A stretch of 64,000 nt of DNA from Ginglymostoma cirratum (lineage: Eukaryota), in contig JAHRHZ010000029.1 in assembly GCA_024137785.1 (NCBI GenBank), forward strand, positions 35,521,137-35,585,136, read 5' to 3'. The notes below the pieces were generated by a model. The model made no database searches. It was given only the letters and a program-made list of their open reading frames with translations, and was not told the origin of the DNA. Shown piece after piece: positions 1 to 13,129 of this stretch. Both the position numbers and the translations under genes were made by a program. Every line of letters begins with the position of its first letter. The first letter of the stretch is position 1.

Positions 1-1985
1 CCCCTCATGATTTTATACACCTCAATAAGGTCACCCCTCATTCTCCGATGTTCCAAGGAATAAAGTGCTATCCTGTCCAACCTCTCCCCATAACTCAGGC
101 CGACTAGTCCTGGCAAGATCCTCGTAAATCTTCTTTGCACACTTTCCAGTTTAACTATGTCTTTCCTATAGCAGAGTGACCGAAACTGTACACAATACTC
201 CAAGTGCGGCCTCACCAACAACTTATACAACTGTAACATAACTTCCCAACTCCTACACTCAATGCCCCAACCAATGAAGGATGCCGTCGTCACCACCCTG
301 TCCACCTGTGACGCCGCTTTCAATGAACTACGTACTTATACTCCTAGGTTTCTCTATTCCACAACAATCCTCAGGACCTTACCGTTTACTGTATAAACCC
401 TACACTGGTTTGACTTTCCAAAGTGCAACACCTCACACGTATCTGTATTGAATTTCATTTGCCAATCCTCAGCCCACTTCCCCGTCTGACCAAGATCCCT
501 CTGTAATTTTTGATAACCTTCTTCGCTATCAATGATACCTCCTTATTTTGTATCAATCACAAGCTTACTAACCATCCCTTGTAAATTCACATCCAGATCA
601 TTCATGTAAATAACAAATAACAAAGGTCCCAGCACCGACCCCTGTGGCACACCATTAGTCATAGACCTCCAGTTTGAGAAACAACCTTCAGCCATCACCC
701 TCAGCTTCCTACCATTAGGCCGATTTTGAATACAATTAGCTAGCTCTCCCTGGATCCCATGTGACCTAACTTTCATGACTAGCCTGCTGTGTGGGACCTT
801 GTCAAAGGCCTTACTAAAGGCCATATAGACGACATCCACTGCCCTACCCTAATCCATTCTCTTGGTTACCTCTTCAAAAAACTCTAGAAGATTTGTCAGA
901 CATGATTTCCCACGCACAAATCCATCCCGACAATCCCTAATCAGACCTTGACTATCCAAATGTTGGTCGATCCTGTCCCTCAGTATCCTCTCCAATAACT
1001 TGCCTACCACTGATATCGGGCTCACTGGCCTGCAGTTCATTGGCTTGTTTTTGTTCCCTTTCTTAAACAATGGAATAATATTAGCCACCCTCCAGTCTTC
1101 TGGAACTTCACCAGTGGCTAAAGATGAGGCAAAAAAGGCCTTGCAATTTCTTCCCTAGCCTCCCACAATATCTGAGGATGGACTTGATCAGGTCCAGGGG
1201 ATTTATCCACCTTAATGCGCTTTCAGGCTACAAACACCACCTCTCTGGTAATATGTATGTGGTCCAAAACGTCCTCACTGTTTCCCTTATTTCCTCAGCA
1301 TCCATGATTCTCTCCTCAGTAAACACTAAGGAGAAAAATTCAATAAAAATTTCCCCTATCTCCTGTGGCTCCACACATAGATGACCATGCTGATCTTTAA
1401 GGGACCTATTCTCTCCCTAGACAACCTTTCATTCTTAATATAGATTTCGAACCTCTTGGGGTTGTCTTTAACCTTATCTGCCAGATCCGTCTTATACCCT
1501 CTTTTTGCTCCTCTGATTTCCTTCTGAATTATGCTGCTACATTTTTAATAGTCATCTAGATATTCACTTGAGCCCGATAGCTTAAACCCAATGTATGCCT
1601 TCTTCTTTTTCCTGACCAGGGCCTCAATATCCCTCGTGAGCCAGGGATCCCTAAACCTGCAGCTTTTCCCTTCACCCTAACAGGGACATACTATCCCTGG
1701 ACTCTTGAAATCATATTTTTAAAAACCTTCCATTTACCAGTCATTCCTTTTCCTTCAAACAGACCCACCCAATCGACCTCTGCTAGATCCTGCCTAATGG
1801 CCCCAAAATTGGCCCTGCTCCAGTTTAGCACCTTAACCTGTGGGCCTGTCCTATATTTTTCCACAACTATGTTAAAATTGAGATAGTTATGGTCACTGGA
1901 CCCAAAGTGCTCTCCAGCTGACACTTCAGTCAATGCCCGATCTCGTTTCCTAAGAGGAGGTCTCGTGTTGCACCCTCTCGAATAG
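1..1985 (-). mobile_element. CR1/HER1-type LINE ORF2 fragment (end of APE endonuclease through RT), disrupted
   Basis: Minus-strand ORFs 1691-2179 (EHFGSSDHNYLNF, VLNWSRANF), 849-1088 (IIPLFKKGNK, RPVSPISVVGKLLE, GKSCLTNLLEFFEEVT) and 543-839 (SKAFDKVPH, GVPQGSVLGPLLFVIYMNDLD) are colinear CR1 ORF2 motifs broken by frameshifts. The element runs off the left edge of the window. Confidence 0.95.
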
Positions 1986-1989
1986 CAGT

Positions 1990-2485
1990 ACATATTGTTC
2001 TGCAGCCACTTGAAGCCTATCACTCTCCTCGTTACATTTCCCACTACCTCTAATGTTTGTAATGGAGTTGAGCTTTGTACATCCAAATCAAGGTCATTAA
2101 CATGTATAAAGAAAAGCATGATCATGATCTCGATTTTTGAGGAACTCCACTGCCTACCTTCCCCCAGCCTGAAAAGCAACTGTTCACTGCTTAACTGTGA
2201 GGTTCGGGAGGTTTTGAATTAAAAAGAGGAGCCATTTCATCTCTTCTCATGGGGACTAATAAAGAACTGTAACAGATTTCATGAAAAACTCAAACAAATT
2301 GGTTCACCACTAGATATATTTAACCCATCTGTGTGGCTTTTCTTGATTAATCAATATTTGTCGTAGTTACTGCTAATTTTGTAACAGATTAACATATCTG
2401 AAAGCTTTCCCTTGTTGGTTTTATCCTCATGCCTTTTCTTTTGGACAAAGGTGTAACATTCACAATTCTCCAGTCCTCTGGCATT
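1990..2485 (-). mobile_element. Older, degraded CR1 RT fragment
   Basis: Minus translation FIHVNDLDLDVQ resembles the CR1 RT 'IYINDLD' region; sequence is heavily decayed. Confidence 0.6.
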
Positions 2486-3376
2486 TAAAGATACTTAAAG
2501 GAAATCAATTAGATACAATTAGGAAATCTATAAATGTTTCTATTCCAGGTTTAACAGAATACTCTGCCAAATCATTTCAACACAATAAATCTCTATGAAG
2601 CAGTCTGTTTCAAGGGTAGATTTATGCTGGATAAAAGACTTGTGTTCCCTGAGGAATGGGATGTGACTATCATTTCTCAACAGCTTTCAGAGAATAATTC
2701 ATTCCCTGACCTTTGCATATTTTAAAAAATTAAATTCGAAGTGAAGGATTGATGATCCAATTGTCAAAATGCATTTTGTTTGCTCGTTGTAAGGGAGTGG
2801 TCTTTTATTAACAGATAATGAAAGTTTTGACTAAAATGAGACTCTGCATCAGTCTCATTTCATCATTACAGTTCATGGACAGGGCAAATTGTTCTCGTGG
2901 TAAACATCAAAAATAAAGTTGAAAAGAATTACAAAGCAACATAAGCTACACTAAAGATGCACCCAATTACATGGCAAATCCCGTCTGATTACGAGGGTGT
3001 CAAAGCTCAGTTAGGCTCCTTCAGTTTTATTTTCTGCTGTGAAAAGAGACTGCTAACGACACACTTTTCTGTCCTGTGCGATGCTTCACTTCAGCTGACC
3101 TGAAAAATATGAATTGGTTGAATCTTTTCAGCATATTTAAACCTATGTTGTCTAAGATATGATTGTATTATCTTGGAAATTTCTTTGCGAGAAATAAACT
3201 GAGCCAATCATGACTGAGCGCGCACTCCACCACTAACTATCAGGCAATTTATTCTCCGGGGTAATTCCTCTGAATGTTGCAATGGCTGACAAAATGGTTG
3301 CCAATGCATATGCAGATGGGACCAGTGTCATCACTGTTCTGCTTTTGAGTGTGTGCAGGTACGGTCTGTTGAACTG

Positions 3377-3865
3377 GAGATAATAGGTACTGCAGATGCT
3401 GGAGAATCCGAGATAANNNNNNNNNNNNNNNNNNNNNNNNNNNNNNNNNNNNNNNNNNNNNNNNNNNNNNNNNNNNNNNNNNNNNNNNNNNNNNNNNNNN
3501 NNNNNNNNNNNNNNNNNNNNNNNNNNNNNNNNNNNNNNNNNNNNNNNNNNNNNNNNNNNNNNNNNNNNNNNNNNNNNNNNNNNNNNNNNNNNNNNNNNNN
3601 NNNNNNNNNNNNNNNNNNNNNNNNNNNNNNNNNNNNNNNNNNNNNNNNNNNNNNNNNNNNNNNNNNNNNNNNNNNNNNNNNNNNNNNNNNNNNNNNNNNN
3701 NNNNNNNNNNNNNNNNNNNNNNNNNNNNNNNNNNNNNNNNNNNNNNNNNNNNNNNNNNNNNNNNNNNNNNNNNNNNNNNNNNNNNNNNNNNNNNNNNNNN
3801 NNNNNNNNNNNNNNNNGATGCTGCTTGGCCTTCTGTGTTCATCCAGCTCCACACCTTGTTATCTC
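3377..3865. mobile_element. Penelope-like (PLE) fold-back insertion spanning an assembly gap, 14-bp TSD
   Basis: Inverted pLTR ends gagataatagg... and ...gttatctc match the end of the PLE at 52952-54784. Direct repeat ggtctgttgaactg at 3363-3376 and 3866-3879. Confidence 0.85.
3417..3816. other. Assembly gap (400 N)
   Basis: Run of N. Confidence 1.
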
Positions 3866-6157
3866 GGTCTGTTGAACTGTCTGTTTTCTGTGAAGGATTT
3901 TGCTTCTGTGAAAAGGGAGTCTCTCACAGGCAGCAATGCAGATTGTTCTGTCCCCTAAAGTTTTTTTTCTGGAGTCCATTAAGGTTCATAGTAAATTTGA
4001 AGCCTTGTAGAGATTCTTATCTTTTGTTCAATAGATTGCAGATGATGATGGGGCTGTGGGATAGGCATTGCTTAATTAAACCCACAGACAGCAGAAACCC
4101 ATGCATCTGATCACTCCTGAGCAATCCATGGTGTGAATCCTGCTCCACTCCAGTCAATATTTACAGTAACTAGGACACAGGAAAGAGCTCAGTAAAGTCA
4201 GGGAGTTATTTCTTCAAACAAAACAACCTCCTAGGAACTTCTTCCAAAGTGCTCAATTTCATCTTGAAATGTTTTTGGCAATCATCTCCTCAGGAAATTT
4301 CATTGATTTCAGTGAGCTCAGGAGTTTAACTGCAGTACTGTGCCCTCATTAAACTGGCAGTACCATCTTTGATCCAGGCAGCTGTCAGTTTACTGCCAAG
4401 CGGTGTTTGAATAAACAATGATCTTTGCTTTTTTTATTGATATGCCATAAGTTCAAATCTGGATCTTTCCCCATATAAGTGGGTGTTCAGTAGATCTTCA
4501 GTGCTGGCCTATTACTTACAGTTAAACTATAGGCCTGGACTGGTCAACGTGTGAAATTGTTTAATCTGCTTTTGGAACTTTAAACTGGACAATTGATAGA
4601 CTTAAATGTAATTATTTGAATGTAGGTTCACTGGGGCTTACAATCATTGTTAATGATACCACTTCATCAGCTCTGACATTACGTTTATAACAGCAATATC
4701 ACTAATTGTGGGCACTCAGATGAATCTTCCTGAGCTCACAAGTTGCCTGATCTTTTCACACAATATCAGACCAGATTTTCCTGCAAAATAAACCATACAT
4801 TAATCACCAAACATCTCAATCTCTTCGTTGCTAACTTGTTCCTTATCTTCCAGCATTTCTAAGTACAGCATGTTGGGGAGCAACGCAAACATTTCCTTCT
4901 AACAATTCCACAAGTGCTTTTGGTACAAGGTGTTCCTCTGTTTATGAACCACTGGGGATTAGTTGTTAGAAATAGCACCAGCTAACGGCCACAATGTCTT
5001 TACTTTCATAGAGTGACAGAGAGAACAGACCCCTGAGCTGCAATAGGTAATGCCACAGCCTCTTTTACTTTTGTTCAACATTAAACTTATATTGTCAGAT
5101 TAACAGAGTTATAAATCTGGTATTTAATACTGTTGGACAATAGTTTAATTAAAATATGATGGAAAAACTGGACTTAGCATCGCCTATCATTATATCAACT
5201 TCAAGGGACTGGCAGTCTTAACTTTGGCTGCACCCAATAACCCATTTGATTTTCAAAAGAGCTTCTGCAATTGGTTCCCCTTCATTGTAAAGCAAAATAT
5301 TTTTCAATAAAACTTACTTGAAGAAAACTAAATGTTAATATCACACTTTTATTAAACGCCGATACACTGGGTTAAGAAATTGTCTTCTAGCACGTAAGCA
5401 CATTTTAAATGAAGAATGGTCAGAATAAAGTTTTGTCAACAACTCAATACTTTTCCAAGCAATATTGCTTTTATTTTCCAAATCAAAGTAGAATTAAAAC
5501 TAGCTAATGTGAAGAAAAATCATAATTGTTGATTTGATGGAAGTGGAGTTACCATAAATATTTTCTAATTGTACCCTGTGGGAATAACAGGAGAGCTCTG
5601 GGAAAGATACAAGTGGCACAGTTATTTTTGTAAGTCATTCACTCCATGATTTTCTTTTTTATTTTGCTTGAATCAAGTGTCTCTGTGCAATGGAACAACT
5701 TCCCAGGAAAATCTGGGCTAGAGCAATTACTGTTTGTAGCTCCGTAAAGTAGCAATCAAAGATTTTTCTTTTTTTTTTGCAATGACAGAGCTTGAATGTA
5801 ATCAATGCTTATCTTTCATGAGTGAAAATGAAATATACTGACAAAATCATTGAGTTCAATTAGACCTCATCCCAGCTACTTCCAGAGAAGACAATCTGTT
5901 TGTTTTAGAACTGCAATAGAACCAGCTACTCAATATTTCACAAGATAAATGAATAATTTTTGAATATGTCGTGCCTAGGTTTCCATTATCTCCCCACCTC
6001 ATACTTTGTAACTGTGAGGAACTGCAGTGAGATTCATTCTGTTAACATTCTGCTTAAGTTATTATTATCTTTCACACAGGGTGGATATTCTAACAACTTT
6101 AGAACATCTACTGAATGGTCTAATTTACCAATGTCCCCATGAGTTAAAGAAAGGTCA

Positions 6158-6281
6158 TAATGTGGAGGTCCTGATACTGGACTGGAATGGACAAAGTCAG
6201 AAGTCACATGACACCAGGTTATAGTCCAACAGGTTTATTTAAAATCACAAGTTCTCAGAGCACTGTTCCTTCATCAGGTGA
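6158..6281 (-). mobile_element. Short PLE pLTR copy (family D) with decayed hammerhead core
   Basis: Matches the arms of 39385-40354. Reverse complement begins tcacCTGATGAaggaacagtgctctGAGAacttgtga. Confidence 0.8.
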
Positions 6282-6390
6282 CTGTAAAGGGAGAGGTGGA
6301 GAAGGAGAGCCCTTCACAGTAATTTTGGCATGAATTGAATTCATGCCGTTGACACTACACTATGGAGTCATGCCAGCCTTCCCTACTGTC
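6282..6390 (-). mobile_element. tRNA-derived SINE fragment (same family as 32085-32290)
   Basis: Reverse-complement similarity to 32085-32200 (ttactgtgaagg...ctccttctc). Confidence 0.55.
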
Positions 6391-6922
6391 TGTAACCTCT
6401 TTGTGACCTTTGGTAGTTTAATAACTGCGTCGTCACCCATTGGGTTTTCTCTACCTTTGACTCTGTCAGGGTTTTACTCCTAGCTGTCACAATGGGGGTC
6501 ATCATTTCTCTTACCTTAGGTTCCCCTTTCCTGCTTCATTTTATCACATTGCCTCTTTCTATTTATCATCAACTTACAGCCTCCTTCCAGCAGCATCCAT
6601 AACCTGGAGGTAGATTTCCGATTATATTATGACGAACTCATTTTAACCTGTATGTCATAGCTGCTGCTGTCCTGCTTGTCTGAAATGGTGTCATGGGTGG
6701 CTCAGACCCCGCTGTAACATAACATCAGAAAACCAAAGCGATCAGCTTCACTCCCACTGGAAACATGTCATCCCTTTCCCATGTTGTCTGCACAGCCTGG
6801 TTGTTTGTTCAGGCTGTGTCTGATAGCAGGATCGTCTTGGTGCTTGAGCTGAGCTAGATTGTATTATTGCACAGGTCTCAGAAAGCAGTGTACCTGTGAG
6901 ACTGCTAGATGACATCTCAACT

Positions 6923-7836
6923 TGTGATGCTGTGGTAAAAGCAGTTTCTTTCTTACTCTCTGTACAGTTATTCTGTTAGCAATCAGTATGTTAGCCAGTT
7001 AATTAGTCAGCCAGTTAGTTAGTCAACTAGGCAATTCTATATTGTGATAATGCTGTGGATTTAAGAGGTTATTGTTCTTTTTAAAGAGAAGTTTAAAGAT
7101 AGAGGTGATGACCTGTCTCGTTGGAAAGCCAATAAACAGCTTGTGAGGCCTTTGGTGTTCTATTTTTTAAAGTTAGAACAATAGAAGCAGCCTGAGTGGG
7201 TGTGGTCAAGCTCTCACAGAATCAGGATCTTTTGCTTTTGGCACAAGCTACTAGGGTTGGGAAAAGTTGCCACATCTCTCTTTGCTACAGCTGAAAGTTG
7301 GAATTCTTTTCCTTTAATTATTGTCCTTTGATCTTCTTTCCTCATGGATTTGAGAACTGCATGTGAGACAATCTGTTTTCTGGAATTACCTTTTACCAAG
7401 GGGTGTGTTCATGGAATGTTACTGTATTGGAACAGCTAATTAGTAATAGTTTCTGTATCTATTATTAAATTAAGTTTTCCATCAGAGTTAAGCTATCCCA
7501 ATTTCTTCTTTCTTTTGTTATATTTTAACTAATGTGTAAAGTGGTTTTTTTGCTATAAATCTAGTAGTTTAACCAATCGAATTGCATCCGGAATGCAACA
7601 CCTTACATTTAACTTTTACCAGAAGAAAGCATTAGCGTCTCGACTATCTTCTGAGTAGTTTTCGGGGTTTTGGTGCAGTCCATTTCAGTATATAATGTAG
7701 TAGTAGAATAAGCAAGCAGAGCTCCCAGAGTATATATGTAAGTTTGAGATGACATACCAGTATATGTAGTTAGATGTTAATAAGCCTCCAGATATCTGTT
7801 TCAATAAGGACACAAATCTCTGTGATACATGTTACA
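6923..7836 (+). mobile_element. Putative outer solo LTR interrupted by the LTR at 7043-7687
   Basis: TGTGAT...GTTACA termini, TATA-like and AATAA signals, and (AGTT/AGCC)n U3-like repeats. Confidence 0.45.
7043..7687 (+). mobile_element. Solo LTR (ERV/Gypsy-type)
   Basis: TG...CA termini (tgtgataa...catttca), near-duplicated flanks ctatat/gtatat, and resemblance to a common shark LTR end. Confidence 0.7.
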
Positions 7837-8899
7837 TGGGCAAACATTTCGAAATTCACATCGCGTCACATTAAAGTTTAAATTCCATGTGTTATCCATC
7901 GCTAAACCATCAATTTTCATGTCTGAAATGTTGCCTGCCTCTATTTGACATTGTATCCAACCACCATTTTGCCACCTCAAAAATTAATTTCCTACACGGC
8001 ATTTGCAAACATCTCACGACTGTTTTGAGCTTCATCTCCACAAACATCAACTCATTTAAAATTCTGATGTCCACATCCCATTTTTATTACATCCAATACA
8101 TCAATAATCCCTGTTCTATCCGACTTTTACTAGCTTTATGCATCTTTACATATTCATTTCCAAGTCACATTCACATTTACAAATCTGTTCATAACTTTAG
8201 ATTCCTTTATCAACTTATATCAGGCTAAATCCTCTCTATTCCAGCTTGAATATCCTGCTGTTATGACTCAGTCCTATGGATTATCTCCTCTTTCCAACTA
8301 TTACTGTTGGCAGATTTTTCAGCTCAAGTTCTGTAATATGGAGTTCTTTTTCTGAACCCAGACAATTTGTGTTAGCTTTTTTCTTGGCTTCTGTTTCAAA
8401 TCTATTTTCTTGTATGGTATAGAATCATAGGGTAAAAGAGGCCATTTGGGATCCTGCACATGGCTTGGTTTCAGCTCTGTAATTGTTATAATTCCATCTG
8501 GTTTCCATATTGTACCATACTCTCTATTTCAAATACCCAATTAGAGTTTAAACTATTTGGTACTTTCTATTTTAATTTTTTTTAAAGAGTTCGTTATTGC
8601 GCTCTACCCAGAATCACAGCCTCTGGGTAACGAATCCATTGGTCTCCTGATGTGGTGTTTCCTCAATCTCTTGTTAATGTGCCTAACAGTTAGTGTAACT
8701 GGTCCATCAATGCTGCCTTTACTTGTCGTCCTGAAAAGTGCCTCTTCTGTTGAGGATTCTTCATGGTCCATCCACCAACACAGACTATGGCACAGTCCCT
8801 TAGCCTAACATCGAGTGGAAGATGGTAGCTGCACTTGCAAGCCACCAGTGACTGGAACATAGGACACATATCATTTATGAGTTCCAGATTCGCCACCAC

Positions 8900-9200
8900 C
8901 CTTTTGGTGAAAGTTTTTCCTCACATCGTCTCTTAACCTTCTGCTCCTTTGTTTAAATCTATGCCCCTGGTCATCGATCCCTCCTTCAATGCGAAAGGTT
9001 TCTTCCTGTCTACAGTATCTATGTCCCTCAATTTTACACATCTCAAGAGTGGGATCCTTTCAATGTTCCAATGAGAAAACCAAGTCCTGATGTTTGCAAC
9101 ATTTTTGCTATTTTCTGGTGTGATTCTAGTGAATCTGAACATGGCCCTTTCCAGAAATCTATTATCCTCCTCCCCTTTATAGGGTAAATGGAACTTTGCT
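8900..9200 (-). mobile_element. CR1 3' ORF2 fragment
   Basis: ORF 8933-9142 (DTVDRKKPFALKEGSMTRG) resembles the CR1 C-terminus. Confidence 0.7.
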
Positions 9201-9207
9201 CAGTTTA

Positions 9208-9300
9208 GGGCTTTTGTGGTGCAGTGATAGTGTTTCTACCTCTGAACCAGGAGGCATGGGTTCACATCCCAACTGCTCCCTGAACAGGTTGATTTAAAAA
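9208..9300 (+). mobile_element. Short tRNA-derived SINE (about 100 bp; related copies at 20012-20115 and 61095-61200)
   Basis: A-box-like tggtgcagtga and B-box-like ggttcacatccc; shared ctacctctga..agg and ctgaaca.gttg across three copies. Confidence 0.65.
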
Positions 9301-9545
9301 AAGGCAAGCCTAATCATTGTCTGATTCAAAATCAATCAAATTGCTTCCAAGGTCTTAAATATAATGCTCAGAATCCAACTTTTCTTTCATATTTATGAAG
9401 ATGTATGTCCCTCAAAGTTTTATTCTTTAATCTTAGAGTTCTTTCTAACAAAACATATTGTGCATTTTTCTCCATTAAACTGTGATCTCTGTTTATTGGT
9501 CCATTCTTTGAGTGCCAGCAACCATATGGTTTCATTAAATGGTTA

Positions 9546-9890
9546 GGACACAGAAAGAGGCCATTTGGCCCATCATGTCTAAATCAGCTCACTGAACAAG
9601 CAATTCACTTAGAACGTGGAAACATAGGTATTAGGAGTACAAATAGGCTTACTCCACCAGTCAATGTAATTGTGGCTCATTGTTCAACTCAGCCCCCTCT
9701 TCCTGCTTTCACCCCATTCCTTTGATCCTGTTAGCCTTAAGAATTATATCTGCCTTCTTCTTGAAAGCATCCAATGGTTTCATCTTAACCACTTTCGGTG
9801 GGCAAAAATTCCACAGTCTCCCCGCTCTCTGGATGAAGAAATTTTCTCCTCATCTCAATCCTAAACGGTTTACCCTGTATCTTTTGGTGC
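9546..9890 (-). mobile_element. CR1 3' tail fragments
   Basis: Typical CR1 3' UTR reverse complement (gaggccatttggccc..., aaattccacagtctc...gatgaagaaattttctcctcatctc). Confidence 0.65.
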
Positions 9891-10039
9891 AATTCTGTTC
9901 CCTTTTCTGTCTAATCCTGCACAATTGTCCTTCTCAGACAATTATCTCTTCCCACTTGAAAACCTCGATTGAACCATACCCTCCACCTGCTCACTCCCAG
10001 ACAGCATGTTGCAATCTCCACTTGCTCACCACACTATCT

Positions 10040-10680
10040 GCTCATGTTCCCACTTGCGTGAGAATCCTGAGCTAGGGAACTTAGTTACAGAGTAAAGGGA
10101 CACACTTTTAAAACCGAGGGAACTTCTTCACTCAAAGGGGAGATGATGGCCTAGTTGTATTATCGCTAGACTATTAATCCAGCAACCCTGGTGATGTTTG
10201 GTGACCTAGTACAAATCCTGGCATGGCAGATGGTGGAATTTTAATTCGATAAATATCTGGAATTAACAGCCTCGTGGTGACCGTGATTGTCTATTGTTGA
10301 AAAAAAAATCTGGTTCACTAGTGTCCTTTAGGGAAGGAAACCGCTGTCCTTACCTTGTCTGGCCTACATGTGACTCCAGACCCACAGCAATGTGGTTGAC
10401 TCATAACTGCCCTCTGGGTAATTAGGGATGGGCAATAAACGCTGCCCTGGCCTGTGATGCCCACACCCAGTGAATGAATTTAAGAAAAAGATAGTTAATG
10501 TCAAGAATTCACTGCCCCAAAGAGTTATGGAGGCTCGATCACTGAACGTGTTTAAGGAGGAAGTAGTCAGATTTTTGAAATATTGGATAGTTGAGGCTAT
10601 GAGGAGCCTGTACTAAAGAGAAGTAGAGCTGGCACAGATCAAGTTTGAGTGGCAAAAGGATCAAGTCCTGCTCCTATTTT
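10040..10680 (+). mobile_element. CR1 3' end split by a SINE insertion
   Basis: aggaacttcttcactcaaagg at about 10120 resumes as atagttaatgtc..gaattcactgcccca at about 10490; tail ends tcctgctcctattt. Confidence 0.7.
10139..10480 (+). mobile_element. tRNA-derived SINE sharing its 3' tail with the CR1/L2-group LINE
   Basis: tRNA-like head, conserved body gtgactccagacccacagcaatgtggttgactc, and tail ggcaataaa...cccacacccagtgaatgaat shared with LINE 51175-52553. Confidence 0.85.
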
Positions 10681-10699
10681 TTTCAATATTATATGCTAT

Positions 10700-11110
10700 T
10701 GTTGCTTCATCTGTGAATTACTTTATCATTGCCTTTGTCCACTTCATTTATATAAATTAAAAACCAAAACTGCAGCACCGTAAGTGTTTATAACTCATTG
10801 ATCCCCAAGGTTCCCACCTCCTAATCACTAACCAACCATCATTTTAACTGCTGGCTGCTTTGTATTCACTGTTCACACAGATACATTCCTTTTCATTCCA
10901 TGTACGAGCTCTTTAATGAAACATCTTATCAAATGGCCTCTGAAAATTGTGTATTCATTTGCCACATCCCTTTCTTTACCCTGTCTGTGATTTCTTCAAA
11001 TAGTTCAGTTCGATTAGCCAAGCGTGACTGTGCTTTACAAATCCATGTTGCTTGTCCCTGATTAATCCATGTCTTTTTAAGGATTCGCTAAACTAATCTC
11101 TTATTGTGGA
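10700..11110 (-). mobile_element. Old CR1 RT fragment
   Basis: Reverse complement of the GKSCLTNL/DFQKAFDKV region (tttacaaatccatgttg, cttatcaaatggcctctgaaaat). Confidence 0.55.
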
Positions 11111-11939
11111 GGAAATGTCCTGATTTTCTCCTGAGCTTTGTTACATCATTTTGACGTTTCTTTCAATTTTCTGTTCAAAACTTAATCAAAGATTTTCCTG
11201 GAACTGCTTCTGTTTTGTTGTCTCTTTATTGATGGAAACCAGTTTTGATCCAGGGCCAGAGTTTCTGCCTCATCCTGCTGAAAAGCAGCTTTAATGCCCA
11301 ATGGGTTGAGGGGACTGGAAGTTCTCTAGACCCGAGGCCAGAGAAAAGAGTAAATAATATTCGATCCTTTATGACTTTTTCTCTAATTACGTTTGATTTC
11401 TGAGGAAGGAGGTCAGTTGAGATGGCCATGTGTGAACAGATCACTGGATCTAACAGCTGGTTTAATTGCTTCAGGTGTCTGACCATATCAATGCTTCTGT
11501 ACACTACAGTAGTCAGAGAGGCTTCATTGCACCAGCTGCCCTGTCTTACTTTGACTTGAAACCATCTGCATCGTTATATGTCCTGTCGAATTCCATTACA
11601 TCCAATAACACTCTAGGCACCTGGAGATTCTGCACAGATGCCTTTGTACATTGTGAAGAAAGTACAATTACCAAGAAGTCTTTCAACATAAAAGATCACA
11701 AGGAGTGCTCGCTTTTATGTCCATGACTCTTTTCACTTGCACTTGCAAGTTAATGTATTCCTGGCCTAATGACAATGGCTGTCAAATTGGTGAGGACACA
11801 GATGGTCATCATTAAGAATACTTCTATCGTGCGAAACCTCAAATAAAGCTTATAAATATGCGCAGATTTCGAATCATTCCAAAACCTCATTTCCATAAAT
11901 GATATGTAAACAGTGCAAAATGTGTAATTTTGTATCAAC

Positions 11940-12910
11940 TCTTGGTTAGACCAGACTTGGAGCATTGTATTGATTTTGTAAAGAGTATGTAGAGGTTCTG
12001 AACAGGGTGCACACAAAAATTGGCAAAGATTATCCAAGAAAGCTGGGGTTACACTTGTTGGCCAAGAGTAGTCTATCTGTATCTATTTTCCCTGAAAGGA
12101 CAAGCTGGAGAGATGACTAAATAGATGTCTTTAAAATTATTATAATTTTTAATAGAGTGTTTTCCCCTTCTGGTAGAGAAACCATTGACATAATATGTTA
12201 GCAAAGTGTCTGACAGAGTATTTCACAGCAACCTCCGCACCAAGACAGTACTGAAAATGTGGAGCGTGCGACCACGAGGTATTGTTGAAGGGAAGAGTGC
12301 ATATGTGTTTAAGGAGAGCACATTAACCATATGAGGGAGAACTGAGGCTATGTGATTGGACTCTACTGAGAAAGGATGGAAAGAAGCTTGAATAGCAGAA
12401 ACTGCAGCATAGCCTGGCTGTGCTATGCATTTTGTTCCTGTGTTGTTAGATAAGGTTTTCTATGTGTCTCTAACCTAGAAACCAAAGGAGAAGTAGGCAT
12501 TTGGCCTAATAACCTTAATCTGTGATTTCATGTAATCATGGCTAATCCTCTCTCTCAATACCATACTCTTGCACTCTCCCCTTAACACCTTTAACCTCTA
12601 GAAATCTATTTTCTTTCTTAAATATATTTAATGAATTGACCTCCACAGCCTTCTATGGTAGAGAATTCCATAGTTTCACCGCGCTCTGAAGAAGAAATTT
12701 CTAATCTCAATCTGAATGGATAATTCTGTATCCCGAGACCATGGCCACTAATTCAAAAATTCATGGCGAAAGGAAAAACATTATCGTGTATCTAATTTGT
12801 CAGAAGTTTATGTTTCAGTGGAATCCCTTTTCATTCTTCTATCAATCCTGCCATCCCAGGAATCAGTCAGGTCAATCTTCACTTGATGCCCTTGAGACTA
12901 AAACTGCATA
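11940..12910. mobile_element. Two old CR1 3' fragments, tail to tail (+ about 11940-12450; - about 12475-12910)
   Basis: LVRPDLEHC-like ttggttagaccagacttggagcattgt, and an inverted tail ctccacagccttctatggtagagaattcc. Confidence 0.6.
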
Positions 12911-13129
12911 TGCTAGTGGTTTTGAGTTAGTATGTATTGTTTTACCTGGAATACATTGGTGTTCAGCAAGTGATTCATGATGTTTTGTTTCATGTAATAT
13001 TTTAGAAGTGATATTCTAAAATTGTTTTGGCTTAAAGTCATTATTGTAATTAGAGAACACACTACAGACTATCACATAACCCATTAAACCCCAGGAGAGA
13101 TTGCCTGTTCTGTATAAATCCTGTGGAAG

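Larger units (their letters stand above)
6400..8380 (+). mobile_element. Ancient L2-like LINE remnant split by nested LTRs (pieces about 6400-6860 and 7840-8380)
   Basis: Decayed YADD-like and 'CLSEM..W' RT context near 6620-6740, plus an L2-like 3' region; very degenerate. Confidence 0.45.

Noticed and set aside
3249-3958. Long ORFs of 173-201 aa in the track
   Set aside because: They are artefacts of reading through the 400-N gap.
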